Below, piece by piece: positions 10,941 to 23,203 of a stretch of DNA of 64,000 nt. The notes beneath the pieces were generated by a model. That model was not told where the DNA came from, did no database searches, and worked only from the letters and a program-made list of their open reading frames with translations. Source of the DNA: Psilocybe cubensis (taxonomy: Eukaryota); assembly GCA_017499595.2 (NCBI GenBank), contig CM039000.1, positions 3,534,001-3,598,000 of the forward strand, in the 5' to 3' direction. The first letter of the stretch is position 1; the number at the start of each line of letters is the position of its first letter. The translations under genes were made by a program, and so were the position numbers.

Positions 10941-12471
10941 ATGGCTCTCAGTTTTATCGGGTATGTAGAGCATATCCCCCTCATGCAATCTTTGTGTTGA
11001 CTCTATCTTCTCTAGGAAACCGATATCTCTTATTTCTCATTCGGATGTTCGCTACAGAGGAATTCTGGCGGGCATTGACCCGCAGGCATCTACTATTCAG
11101 CTCTCAAATGGTGAGTAAGCCGAGAAAACTCGAAATGAATGCATAATTACACTTCTGCAGTGTACTCTATGGGAACTGAAGGACGGCGGTAAGCCTTTGC
11201 AGCATTCTGAAGAAAGCGGAATCATTGACGGAGCGGACTTGCTTGCTCAGGCCTCCGAATCAATTCATTGCCCCAGTTCAGGATCCATATGCCTACATCA
11301 TCTTCCGTGCTTCGGAAGTGAAGGATCTTTCGGTGGACGAACCCTCTGCTGCTGCTGCTGCGCCCCCGCAGCACAACGTCCATGACGATCCCGCTGTTCT
11401 TGGGGTACGTGCCCATTCAATTCATTTTGTCGTTTCCATCTTTTCGAAAGCATGATGAAGCCATTTACGGATGTAAAAACATAACAATACTCCGAGAGCG
11501 CTAAACCCCATGTGGAGTCTTCCGTTGCCTTCCTTCTGACTTCTCGTTTTTGCATTTTCCTTATGCCAGGTCAAGATGTAGATTGGTTACTGATCATATT
11601 TCTACTACAGGCTGGCGGACCTGCTCCCAAACCTTACGCTCCTTACCCCAACCCCCAACTCCCTGCCAATGGCGCACCGTCTCAACAACCTCAACCCCCT
11701 TACAATGCCTCTCAACAGGGTCAACCTGCCCTCGCCCCTGTCCCTCAACAGAACCAACCCGCGCCCACCCAAACCGGACAGGCCCCCACATCCCGCCCCG
11801 CCCAACAGAATGCCAACACCCGCCGCCCCAACCCCGTACACACCGCTGCCGCCTCCCTGGAGACGGTCGAGCGCGCGCTGGGCGATTTACGTGTAAGCGG
11901 TGGAGGCGCTCCGAACCATAGCGCACCCCGTGGTGGCCGCCGTGGCGGTCAGCGTGCTGGTGGTGGAGGGCGCATCGAGGGTGAGCTCAAGGTTCCTAAG
12001 ACGGACTTCGACTTCCAGAGCAGCAACGCCAAGTTCGAGAAGCCCGCCCACTCCCCCGCTGGTACCAAGGCAAACACAGAAGATGGCAATGCTGATGGAA
12101 GCGAGGCAGACGCCGGCGACAAAGCTCCAGAGAAGGAGGAACCGGCGTACAACCCGCAGAAGTCATTCTTCGACTCGCTGTCGTCGTCTTCGGCCGGACC
12201 TGCATCGGGGCCTGGTGGGCAAGGGCACCGCGGTGGAGGTGGAGGCAGGCGAGGTGGACCCGGTTCCGGTCGTAACAGGAGAGAGGAAGAGCGAGAGAAG
12301 AATGTTGCTACGTTTGGCGAGCCCGGTGGTGTAGGCTTGCTTGGTCCCGGCAGCTACGTTGGCGGGTGGGGAGGATATGGTAGGCGAGGTGGCAGGCCTC
12401 GCCGAGGCGGAGGCGGAGGCGGTGGTCGCGGAGGAGCTAACGGACAATCCGCAGTGCAAGCTCGTGTATAA
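10941..12471 (+). CDS. SCD6: Scd6/LSM14 (RAP55) translational repressor / decapping activator
   Basis: Lsm domain MALSFIGKPISLISHSDVRYRGILAGID..VYSMGTEGR..YIIFRASEVKDL, then DFDF (TDFDFQSSNAKF), FFD (YNPQKSFFDSLS), TFG (EKNVATFG) boxes and an RGG tail. Confidence 0.95.
11445..11546 (+). ncRNA. Intronic box C/D snoRNA, snR52-like (predicted guide for the 18S site equivalent to yeast Am420)
   Basis: Lies in the long SCD6 intron (11405-11610). Box C ATGATGA 11452-11458, D' CCGA 11492-11495, degenerate C' ATGTGGA 11510-11516, box D CTGA 11536-11539. Terminal stem CGAAAG/CTTCTCG. Guide GTTGCCTTCCTT (11524-11535) is complementary to conserved 18S AAGGAAGGCAGC with one G-U pair. Confidence 0.88.
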
Positions 12472-13231
12472 AGGCTTTGAACCTTGTTGCTGATGTTCAT
12501 TGTTTTGCACGCCTATAAAAAGGAACTACCGGTTGGGCAAGAGGGAAACCCTGAGTTGCGTCCTCGTGGATTATAGGAGGTTGGCCTTTACGGCTGTTGT
12601 GTTTTTCTGGTACTTTCCGTATGTCTCGTCGTTCATCACTTGTTATTTTCATTGAGTATTCAAACGTGCGTTCTTAAATTAATGGTTTCTCATGGTAGGA
12701 ACGGTGCAAGAATTCATGCAAATTGTTTTTTTCTTCTTCTTTTCTTCGCTTTCCCTTGTATTTGGACTGGAACAGCAATATTGTGAAGGACCGTCATTCG
12801 TAAACTCTGGGGATGATTCCACAGTCTACCATTCACTGATCGGCCTCGTTGGGTATATTTGCTAAATCTGGCCTGTCAACCATTGTGCGCTTATTGTGGA
12901 TGGAATTGGGTTTAACACCCACAAAGACAAAGCTGCGTACATACTACACTTGTGTTGCGCTTGGCTTCAACTTCGATCGTGCTTAGGAGGCCTTAGGATA
13001 GGCGCTAATAATAACAATTCAGGACAGAGTCTACGTCGGGGCCACATGGTACGGTTCGTGGATAATCCCCAGTTCATTCGAGAATGATATGACTTATAGG
13101 ATATCATATTAGGCCATGCATTATTTCTGATTCTACTATGTCATTGTTAAACGCTAAAGATTTGTGTTGCAACAAATGTTAATCTAGGAGTGCCGTTTCG
13201 ATTCTGGATCCTCCGATTGTTATATGGATCT

Positions 13232-15099
13232 TTAGAAGAAATCCATATTGAAAACCCCATGGCCAGATTCCTGAGAGCCTGAACCGTACATGCCCGATGA
13301 CGAGCCAAGTGCAGGGGTACCTTCACGAGATCTTTCTCCATGCTTGTCCTGGAATAAAAATAGCATGCAAAGTCAGTCAGAGTCACGTTTCCCAGTACAT
13401 AGCTGACAGAAAAATCCACGGATGGGATCTTCGACACGTACCAGGGCAGCGGTGAGTGCCTCTGGAGCGATAATACCCATAAGATGTGCGACTGACTGCT
13501 GCCTCTCGACGGTGCCTACGTTGCCCTCAGGCACCCAGTGGATCGTGCAGTATCGCCAGAAGTAGTCCTGGATACTTCTCTTAGCGATCATGTTTCGGAC
13601 ACCACGCCATCGATACTCCAAGGTGCCAGGTGCGGCAGGAGTTTTTCTGTGTGGAAAGGTTAAAAATTCGGCCCAATTAAAGAGGTATGGGAGCACAGAC
13701 TTGGGCGCTTCCAGTATACCCGTGAATCTAGTGAAGGCGTCGTAGATGAGGCGATCTGTCTCTGTGAGACCGTATCGGGCGAGAACTTCCTCTTTCCATG
13801 CGTTTTGGGACATGGTCAGCAAGGGGCGATGTCGTTGGTGCGGGGGATAAGACTTGTACTAGGTTAAAGAAAGTTTTGCAAGGGTTCTGCGTTTTATATA
13901 CAAAATGACAGGCTGATGCCGGCATAAACATGATGTGCTACACAGCCAGCTGGAAGATGTCCCATTGTTTGCGCAAATACGGACACAATATATATCTGGA
14001 TACAGAAATCGGATAATGCCAGTGACTAACCAGGTTCTATTCATACCGCATCAGAATGACTTCTATGTTGTGACTCCTCTCCTCATTTGAATATTCCCGT
14101 TATGGAATGGGTGGCATTTGTTCTTAGAATTTTACCTGGACCAATCTTCCAATTTGCTGTTGGCTGATGAATATCTGATTGGACTAACAATTCCATCTCC
14201 ATCAGATGATCAAGGTTGGGTAACAGAATCCCTAGAAGTAGCTTTGCATAGGACAGATTTGACTCAAAGAATGCAGTATAGAGCTGGCCCAGAAAGAATA
14301 GATGAAGAGTCCAGACCACTAGCTACTGATGCCAGGCAGTATAGAAGCACTTTGAAGGCAACCAGTCTCATATGCTCATGGTGATAAATTCAGATACTGG
14401 CTTGTAGGCGACATCAAATGAAATAGAATTGATTAAAACAACCTCAACAGTAGCTAATGTCAGAAAAACTAAAGAAACTATAAGAGACAGTTGAGATGGT
14501 ATGCCAGCCAAAGCAAATATAGTTCCTGACCTGCTTAGTCCCTTTATTGAGGCGATGACATCTGCTTGGATATTGTTGAGTAGAGGATGGCGGATTTTAA
14601 TAGAGATCCTCTCGTCGTGGTCTCCAATGCCGCTGGACGTTTCCGAGTGCGATCCAACTGAAAGCAGGATTAATGAAAAATAGATAGGCTGTTATGAGTG
14701 GAAAAGCTCACCACTCGACATGAGAAGAGTACCGTTATTGTTGTGTCCAACTCTTCCCTATCCTCTACTTCTATGTCTATGTCATTCGGATCAAACCTCA
14801 CCGGCAAGAAGCTAGATACTATGATTCTCTGCTGGATAGGATTTAGTGAGAGCCAGCCCTTGGCAATCGACGACTCTGGGTATCTGAAAATACCGAGTGA
14901 ACAGAATATTAGTTGCTTAATCATATAAAGTGTAGACAGAGTGTGCGAACGTTTCAACGTACATCGCAGCGGTGCGATGTACGGATTCCTCTATCTGCTG
15001 ATAGTAGTACGCTTCGTATTCTGGCGTGCCCCTCGCTGGTATCGCAGCATCCTTGGAGTCGGATTGGCGTGTGGACTCTTGCTGTGCGCTGGTTGACAT
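13232..15099 (-). pseudogene. Degenerate multi-exon gene of unknown family
   Basis: Coding-like segments (MSTSAQQ..., YPESSIAKGW..., SQNAWKEEVLARYG...) with splice signals, but in-frame TGA/TAG stops at 14368, 14323 and 14083. Exon phases could not all be reconciled. Confidence 0.5.
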
Positions 15100-15266
15100 G
15101 GTGGTTTGTGTTAAGGAAATGATCCAATCCGCACCCACCACATTTATTTCTTTATGTACGCATGACAAGGATAGGGCCGAGCAGCCGCCAGGCGTTCTAT
15201 AAATGCTAGCATCGTCCCGTTCATCTGCATGGATGGTAGCTCTTTATTACAACCTTCACACTTAAT

Positions 15267-17233
15267 TTATTTCCAAAATCTCGTGCTTTCGAGGATGTAC
15301 TGGGATACAAGAATATCTTGCAAAAGCCTTATCTTCGACTCGATAACTCGTATTTGGGCAATAACTAAATCTTCGGTGCCCGCGGAAGCGGGGCCCCGTG
15401 TGTGGCGCTGGCGACTACCTCATTGCAAGGATTCTATAAAAATACACCCATGCGTCACTTGCTAGAGACTGGCCGTTATCCGGTTACTTATATAGGACGC
15501 CACAGGAACACTGCTGGTTAAACCCTGTGTCAAAAACCGAGATAAGATGTCTTTGGTGGAGGTTCCAACCATCAATTCTCCGCAATAGTGGCCCGCAGTA
15601 ATCAATACAAATGGCTTATTAAGAGTTTTTCCCGTTTTAACGGGCCAATTAGTAAATAGCACGTCATCTTCTGGGGAAATAGGAGGACACGACGGAATTA
15701 TTCCGGAGTATGTAAGTTGTGGCGTCAGGATGGTGTTGTATGAATTGTAAACAGGTCGAATTCGCAGCGTTAGCCTGGTGTTCCGAAAGGTATGTTTGGA
15801 TTTGATGTTTAGATATATATGACAAGCGCCTATTCAAAGCTAAACTGGCAGGCGCTTATTTGACGAAAAAGTTATGGGGAGAATACGCTACACCATTGTC
15901 CCGGGCAGCAAAGCAGTGCACAAGTCTCAGAGGCACCCGATGTTGGGTTGCTGTACAGCCTGCTATAGCTACAAAGTACACGATACATGCTGGGTGACCT
16001 GTACTACAATATTAGATACATTCTCTTGGGTACGATTATTTGTGGGAAGCCAATTAGTCCAAGCTTTGAAAAAGACATCGAAAAAAATCAAACACATGAT
16101 TAGATCAAAAAATAGAGCGAAAATATCATCGTCAAGATTTAAATGCACCTTTCTTGCGTCCGTGAAATGAAGGGGGGCTAAGTGACGTGAAAGGCTCAAT
16201 AGTAGCTTCCTCTTCCCTTTCAATTATAAAGTCCGGCTGATAAGGAGAGCTTCCTAGACCCCAGTGGATTGACTTGGGCCGAGTTCGAGCGTCACATGGG
16301 TTATGCAGCTTCTCATCCTGATCTTCGTCGTCTGACATGCCAGGTATAACGGCTAAAATCTTTCGGGAGATCTTAGACGTTGCAGGGAGCTAGAATGTAG
16401 AATGCATGAGGTCTGTCCCCTTTGCATCGCAGTTAAATGAACATACTCCATCTGGTCTCATTTCTACTTCAGAAATTTGTTTCTTTGGCGCGTCGTGATG
16501 CCGGAGAGGAACCTCTCCCGCTGAAACAAGGGTGCCTTCGTCATCTGAATCAGGATCCTCCCGTTTAACTTTAGGAGGCTTCCTGGGCACATCCTTCTCC
16601 GGAACAGGAGGGGGTAGCTGTAAGGATTTGCGAACGATGGCCCGTGGTCGGCTTATCACCAAAGGCTTAACAGGAGGACTACCTGGTGTACGGCTTGGAC
16701 CTGCCACTGTATTGCGGCTTGGTTTGAAGTGCTGAGATGACAGTAGCTTCCGATGAGATTTGGCGCTGGTGTCGAGATGACATAATTTCTAATAAATAAC
16801 AAAGAAAAAATACTCACGTAGACCCAAGAGATGTCTGAGTGCCAGAATGCAACGAGGCCTGCTCGTTGCCACCGTGTGGAGAAACTGAAAGGGGGTCGCC
16901 TAAGAAATTTCTAGACAACGTGCCCGAAGTGGAGTGTGAACGAGTGCGAGGTTGAGGCATCAACTTTGAAAGACAGAAAGTGGACGTGTACAGTTGGGAT
17001 GGAGGGGGTAAGCCACTGCCTGAGTGACTGTGGACTCTCTTGAGAATAGAAGTTAAGAAGATGTTTGGGGTGGCACTTACTATCACCTACGTTTTCATAC
17101 CCACAACGAGGCCATGTACATCACGTTTGATGTGGACGAGTCTAGAAATTCTCGGGCGATTGCGGCGATATCAAGTGCGCGGTCCTGATTTCTGAACAAA
17201 GGGCACAGACGGTGCCTTTCAGATCGATGCCAT
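15267..17233 (-). pseudogene. Degenerate multi-exon gene of unknown family
   Basis: The frame from ATG 17233 is interrupted by TGA 17219, TGA 17171 and TAG 17087. Downstream exons carry TAG 15969, TAG 15963, TGA 15927, TAG 15462 and TGA 15420, and the frame continues to TAA 15267. Confidence 0.6.
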
Positions 17234-18437
17234 TGATGGAGTTTGGTAGGCTGAAAGTATTAGAATTGTGCTATGCTCCCATACTCCTGATTACCTTCAT
17301 ACGAGTAACGTATTCTTTATCTAACAAAGAGAAGATAATCACTTGTAAAACGAGTCTTGTTGGATAGAATTGGCTTTACCATTGACCAGTGACCACGTAA
17401 AAACAGTTCTTCATCATCAAACCCAAACACCATCATGTCGTCCTTTGAAATCTATAAGACACATTACACTCGGATATCATGAATTATACCTTTTACAGGA
17501 ACACAGAACGTACGTGAACAAGCTCGGTGGTGTTGGTGCATGACCTCGCCGAATGCAAGTCAACTTCCAAGTTGTGCCTCGGCCTCATCGGTGAGAAAAA
17601 GGATTGCCGATCTTTAGTCACATGACTCGTGTGAATCCTGACTTGGTGCAAAAAAATAGAAAAAAAGGAATCGAGAAAGGTAAAAGACTTGCTGTGTGCT
17701 ATATGTCTTGATATTCTTGTTGTTCATATGATTGAAGCCTCCCCGAACCTGCATGTTACTCAAATATTTTCAAATTGAGCAACCACTTTTACAAGGTGAC
17801 TGCTTAAACTAACGACAGCGGGACACTCGCCAGCCTGTTCAGGCTCGTCTTGCTCAGGCTGTGAGGCCTGAGTGTGTAATTGTGTACCGCTCGCTTCCGG
17901 TTTTGAGACCACATATATCTCGTAATCTGGAAGCGTTCGAAAGATCCATGAGTGAGAGATACTCTGAGTCAATCTCAGAGCCAGAAGGCATTTCTTTCCA
18001 GAATGGGAGAGTTAATGTTGGAAGCAAGCACGGGTAGTAGAGTGCGGGAATATATAGACAACGTGTCGTGTTCTGTGGTGCTATAGTGACTGATAGCGTG
18101 TAACTGTAACAGTCCAACAGCATCAAGAAACAGTATCAGCCAAAGAAATTCCAGCCGACAGCTGCATTCAGAACTCTTGACTAGTTTTTGTCCAAAGACT
18201 ATCCTCTTGTTCTCCAGCTGGAGAGGTGGGAGTTTTTATATTCCAATCACTATCTTGATCTTTAACTCTCTCTTATTCTCCTGCGAAGCTGTACGTTTGT
18301 AGACGATGAATACAATATACTATAAGGGCCTTAATCGTCTTTTTCCCATTTAAAAAATCTTCTCCGTCGGATTCAAATAAAGCTAAAAATATTTGGAATC
18401 ATCGTAAGATATTTGGTGAGATAGGGATTTGAGATGC

Positions 18438-19709
18438 TTAAATAGGCTCTATACTGTGAAGAGGCGAAATGGTTCTAAATGACAGTCTTGAGCGCCTCTT
18501 GCGAATGTAGATAGCGCCAAGGATGCATGCAGTGAGAATAGCCAGACCACCAATGATCCCTCCTACAATTGGCGCAATATAGTGAGCCTGATTTGGAGAA
18601 TTTGGGTGCAGCGAAGGTGATTCCGCTTCACGTGGCATATTAGACGTGATCGTGGACATTGTACTGGTAAAATTGACGAGAACAGTGCTGATAGTGGAGG
18701 TAGAAATTCCAAATATAGAGTTAGAGATAGGTGTCGTAAAGGAAGGTGGGGTAGAAGTGGAGTTCGTAGTCGAGGATGTGCCATTCTGAATATATATGCC
18801 ATTAAGAGTCAAGGGTGTGGACTGTGAGTTGCCATTGAAAGTGACTTGGAGGTTGTGTATCCCTGAGGAAAGAAGGGGTGTTTGAAAAAAGATTTGGTTG
18901 TACAGGTTTCCGGTGAAGCTTGCCAAAGATCCATTAAGTAAGAACATGATTTCATCACCGTCGTCGATGGTATAACTCCCGCTCGAGGTAGCGTTGGGTA
19001 GGCGCTGATCGTAATATCCTATCCAAAGAAGCGTGATACCTAAAAGTCAATTGAAAGTCAACCAAAAGCATTTTATTCTTTTGCAAAATACGCCACATAC
19101 CAGAAAAATTGAACTGAAATGTCAAGCCTGGAGTAGAAGTCACATATCCAAACTCAGATTTTGACCAGCCAGGGCTGAATTGCATATTCGGCCCCGGAAC
19201 ATCCATAGTGAGTAATGCCCCGTCCAACGATACACTAGAGGAAGGCAAATAGGAAATTGCGTCAAACCAGAACATCCTTTCGTTTGAGACATGAACGTTC
19301 AGGGTGATAGTATGCTCTACTTCATCCAGTAGTACGTCTTGGTGGCAGAGTACGAGCCTGCTCTCTGCTCCAGCATAGGTTTGAACGGGAATGGCAATGC
19401 TGTCCACGAAACACTCCCAAGAAGGGTTCGTCACAGGCCCAGACACATTGGAATACTGTAAAGTTCCAATGATTTGTACAGAGGTTCCTTCGGTTTAACT
19501 CAAAATCAGAAACGAAAAATAGTGTGCGTCGAAAATGAGAGACCTTTGAAAGCGTAAGAGAGGCTAGCATCTGTGGCAACTCCATGCAAGGTGTTCATGA
19601 CAGGCAATCCAAAGGTGCCTACTGTATCCTGCGAGCCATGGTCTGGAATCCATGGCCCAACATAATTGATGGCAGGGTTGGCATCATCTACAAAAATCCA
19701 GTAAGACAT
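18438..19709 (-). CDS. Single-pass membrane protein with extracellular beta-sandwich (VDD-repeat) domains and a Ser/Thr stalk (agaricomycete-expanded family)
   Basis: MSYWIFVDDANPAINYVGPW..TLHG, PSWECFVD, HTITLNV..FWFDAISYLP, YNQIFFQTP.LSSG.HNLQVTF.G..TPLTL, an S/T-rich linker, and TM IVGGIIGGLAILTACILGAIYI followed by RKRR. Two introns. The C-terminus may extend further. Confidence 0.75.
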
Positions 19710-20163
19710 GTTGTGCAGTATTACGGACAACTCTAGGGGAATGAGAGATGGAACAAGTTTCTTTTTGCAGGGGTTCCAATTTGTATTCAACTGATGAGTT
19801 CGATCCTCGCTGATCCTCACAAGTTTGATGATGCGAGTCGCTTGATGAAGGCAAAACTTGGAAGCTTGACCTAGGAAAGAATACGAAAATTTCATCGAGA
19901 CATTTTGCAAGGGTGGAGTACGATGCAGTCTATGCTTATGAGATGCTTCCTCCTTTTACTGGGGATCTCGTCTGCCTACCCATGCTGTTCTCCATGGCGA
20001 CTTGGTATTTCATGATCCAAATACAGCTTCCCTACCTTCACAGATGATGTCAATCCATAGATATCATCGAACAAATTACCGTGATACTTCGTCAATCTCG
20101 GCGCCAGTTATAATAACATCCCAACAGATAGATAGTCCTCTAGTGCCCATAAGTCTCATATCT

Positions 20164-22759
20164 TTACGTAGGGAAAGATCCCAAAGTGAAGAGTGTCTGC
20201 TTCTGCTTCCCTTTCGACTTCTTTCCTTTTCCTGCCCCTCCCCCAGTGGTGGCAGCATCTCCAGGACCTGCAGAGTTTGTACCAGGAGCAGCACTGCCTT
20301 CACCTTCTGTCTGTGTAGTAGGACCTGCACCCCCACCTGAGCCCGAACTCCAAGCAGCGACAGCCGGGACTCCCGACGAGCCCAAAATATTCTTCAGAGA
20401 GACATTACCGCTGACCTGTGGCTTACTCCGAGAGTTCGCCGAGCTCGGCAGCTCCGGGAACAGCGCACTCGACAACTTCGGCGGCGGGGGTTGTTTGGAA
20501 CCGGCACTCTTCGACACTCGCATATTCACAGAGGTCGGTCCAGGGTTTGACTGTGACCGCAGAGTACTGGGCTGCACTGAGCTTCCGGACCACGGTGTCG
20601 TGCGCTGAGCCTGGCGGAAGGAGGGTGCAAGGGGCTGCGATGACGAAGCTGCGCCTGCACCACCGCTGGTAGAAGCGCCACCGCCAAGCGCTGGGAAACG
20701 TTCTTGTGAGGTTTGAGGTGTCAAAAGTTTGGGACGTGGGGCACCAGTGGATGATCCGGGAGCTGCATTATTGGCAGCTAATGCCACACGGTTCCAGACT
20801 TGTTGGCTTTGAGAAGAACGTGCTGCTGTCGAGTGTTTGGCGTTTAAGACGCGGCCGGAGGTGATACCTGCGTACCCTGTCCCGAAAGAAACAGGTACGA
20901 GGTCTGGAAATTGTCGGCGTTGCTTATCGACCATTAGAAAAAAGTTTATAAGAGTGCAATAAAAATTGTAGTTACCTCAATGGCAAATCCATTCCATGAT
21001 TCCAGCAGGTCCCGTTTCTTTTCCTCTTCATCCAGGAGGTCGACAAAAGCGTTAATGATGCTGGCGGTGTACTCGAGATTCCTATCCAAGACATTCCACA
21101 CAGTCAATATCAAATCGCGGGCACTTGTCTCTGAGAATCGATAACCACGCGTTGCAGCTCTAACTGCTGGAATCGCTGTCGTTGGATTGGGTGCTAGTGT
21201 GTTTAAACGGGTTAAAAATGCGCCATGGCGCCTAAACAAAGATGCGTGAGGTTAGTAATACAAACGATATGAACAAGTAAAAACTAACTCTAGATTGGCA
21301 GGATCAAGACTTTCCGGGGTAGGTTGTGGGGTTGAGGGTCTAGTTTCAGGACGTGGTGGAGGCTGTCTGGATTGAGCAGGGGTAGGTCCAGCTTCAGTGG
21401 TAAGGGCCCCTCCGAACCCATCCCTCCTTCTGTTGCCCCCTGCGGCCGGGCGCGGAGGAACTGAAGTTGAGGGTTGCGGTTGTTGTTGTTGCGGTGGAGG
21501 TTCGCGATCGCGATCTCTGTCTCGTCTACCATGTCGTCCTCCATATCCAACTTCTTCGAAAGCAAATTCTGCTTGAATTCTCCTAGCATCTTTTTTGTCT
21601 CGGGCCGACATCTCCCCACCGTGAGCCTCCACCATATGCGCTTTGAGATCGAGAGCAGTGTTAAACACGACGAACTTTCGCGCTAGGCAATCAGTTTGAG
21701 TGCACGCAAAATGAGCAGTGTTGAAATGCCGTTCCAGAGTCTCGTAGTTCAGGAAACTAGCATGTACTGTTAGATCAAGACTATCAAAGCAACAACAGGC
21801 TTACTATTGGTCCCTTATCTCATTCCGTTTGCAGACGAAGCATTCCTCATGATTCTCTCGCATGTGCTTGTATAACTCATCATCTCCGAAAAAGCATTCA
21901 CGACAGAAAGCACATAAAGGATGAACTTCCATCTCAGGAAGATCCCTAGAATTCCCTTTATTTTGCCGCATTGAAGGAAGATGGACTGCCAAGGCAGCTG
22001 GTGTGTAAAGTGTATGTTCATGGGTAAAGACTTTCTTAAATTTGATACATAGGTCACTTAACGCGACATCAGTCGTTGAAGATGTCTGACAAAGAAATGG
22101 ACGAACCACATCAGTTTCCCATGCATTGCGCGTGCGTGTAGCTTGAGATCGCCCCATCCTGTCCCAACATAATCGCATTCATCATCGGCGCAAGTGAATC
22201 TCAACAAAACAAGGGTTTCTTCCATCATCTCCTGGGTCTCAAACGATACTGATAGTTTGGCATCCTTGAATGGAATTGATTCAGGTGTGAATGACGAATA
22301 GGGATCTTCGCGCGATTTCGTGAATATGACATGGTTTTGAGGTTCCTGTGCCAGATTAAAAAATTTATTTACAAACCAATGAATGTTATCACAAACCTTG
22401 CAGAAAGTACAGTCTCTCTTTTTATACAATGCCCGCAATCTAATGGCGCAAATATGACAGGTTCTGTGATTGCATTCCGAAACGGCATAGTACTTGACTG
22501 GTTCAGCGCAAATGAAGCAGATTTCCACATCCCCATCTTCGGATAGGGCCACGGCCGCTAGTTGTTTGACCGGTACCTGACTATTCTCGCCTTCCGCAAC
22601 GACGACTTCTTTCCCTTTCGTATTGGTGGCTGGGCGAGAATTCCGATTAGATTCTCGATTATTATTGTTCCCTCCGCGAGATCTGTTTGCTCGCTTGCCT
22701 GTTCCACGACCAGATTCCGTGGTGGCTGGACGAGATTGAGTGGCGACTTCTGCAGACAT
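20164..22759 (-). CDS. HEL2: E3 ubiquitin ligase Hel2/ZNF598 (ribosome collision sensor)
   Basis: RING CFICAEPVKYYAVSECNHRTCHICAIRLRALYKKRDCTFCK, KKVFTHEH, HPLCAFCRECFFGDDELYKHMRENHEECFVC, C2H2 fingers, FPAL/FPEL motifs and a C-terminal KGKQKQTLF. Confidence 0.95.
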
Positions 22760-22968
22760 ACTTATTGCAAAGAAATGGGGTTATAGGGTGTTGGTCTAGT
22801 TGAGAGCAAAGGTTTCCCAAGAGTTTCCGATTTATCGTTTTGACTTTCCAGTCGTTCCCTCAGTCCGAGTGATTGCGAAAAGAGTCACATGATGTCGGTC
22901 CCGAAATATGATGACCGTGCCGTTCGGCACGGAGTGTCAATGTGAGCTGTTGAGCGACTCGGACTTGA

Positions 22969-22976
22969 CAGTCACA
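22969..22976 (-). promoter_or_regulatory. Homol-D-like box (TGTGACTG on the HEL2 strand)
   Basis: Exact CAGTCACA ~210 bp upstream of the HEL2 ATG, within the 13-mer shared with the SLM3 upstream region. Confidence 0.4.
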
Positions 22977-23203
22977 GAACTCAAACTTGAACCGCGACGT
23001 TATAGACAATGTACGTTCGTTTCCAAGTTATTCATTACCATATTTTTTTGAGAGAGTCTGATTGACTATTATCAATAGAAATGGTGCAGGCAGCATCTGG
23101 GCACATCGCAAGTTTTCACTAACTCCTTAATCCTATACACAGCTATACACTCATGCATTATCCAATACGAGTATCTGAGAATCTGACATATAATTTTTTT
23201 AGT

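Noticed and set aside
13373-13440. CQLC 'zinc finger' at the end of ORF 13373-13822
   Set aside because: It lies inside a predicted GTACGT...TTCCAG intron.
17760-18400. Short minus-strand ORFs downstream of the membrane-protein gene
   Set aside because: No coherent spliced model; they may be a decayed C-terminal tail.
22908-23061. ATGATGA ... CTGA as a second C/D snoRNA
   Set aside because: No terminal stem or recognisable rRNA guide, and the spacing is long.
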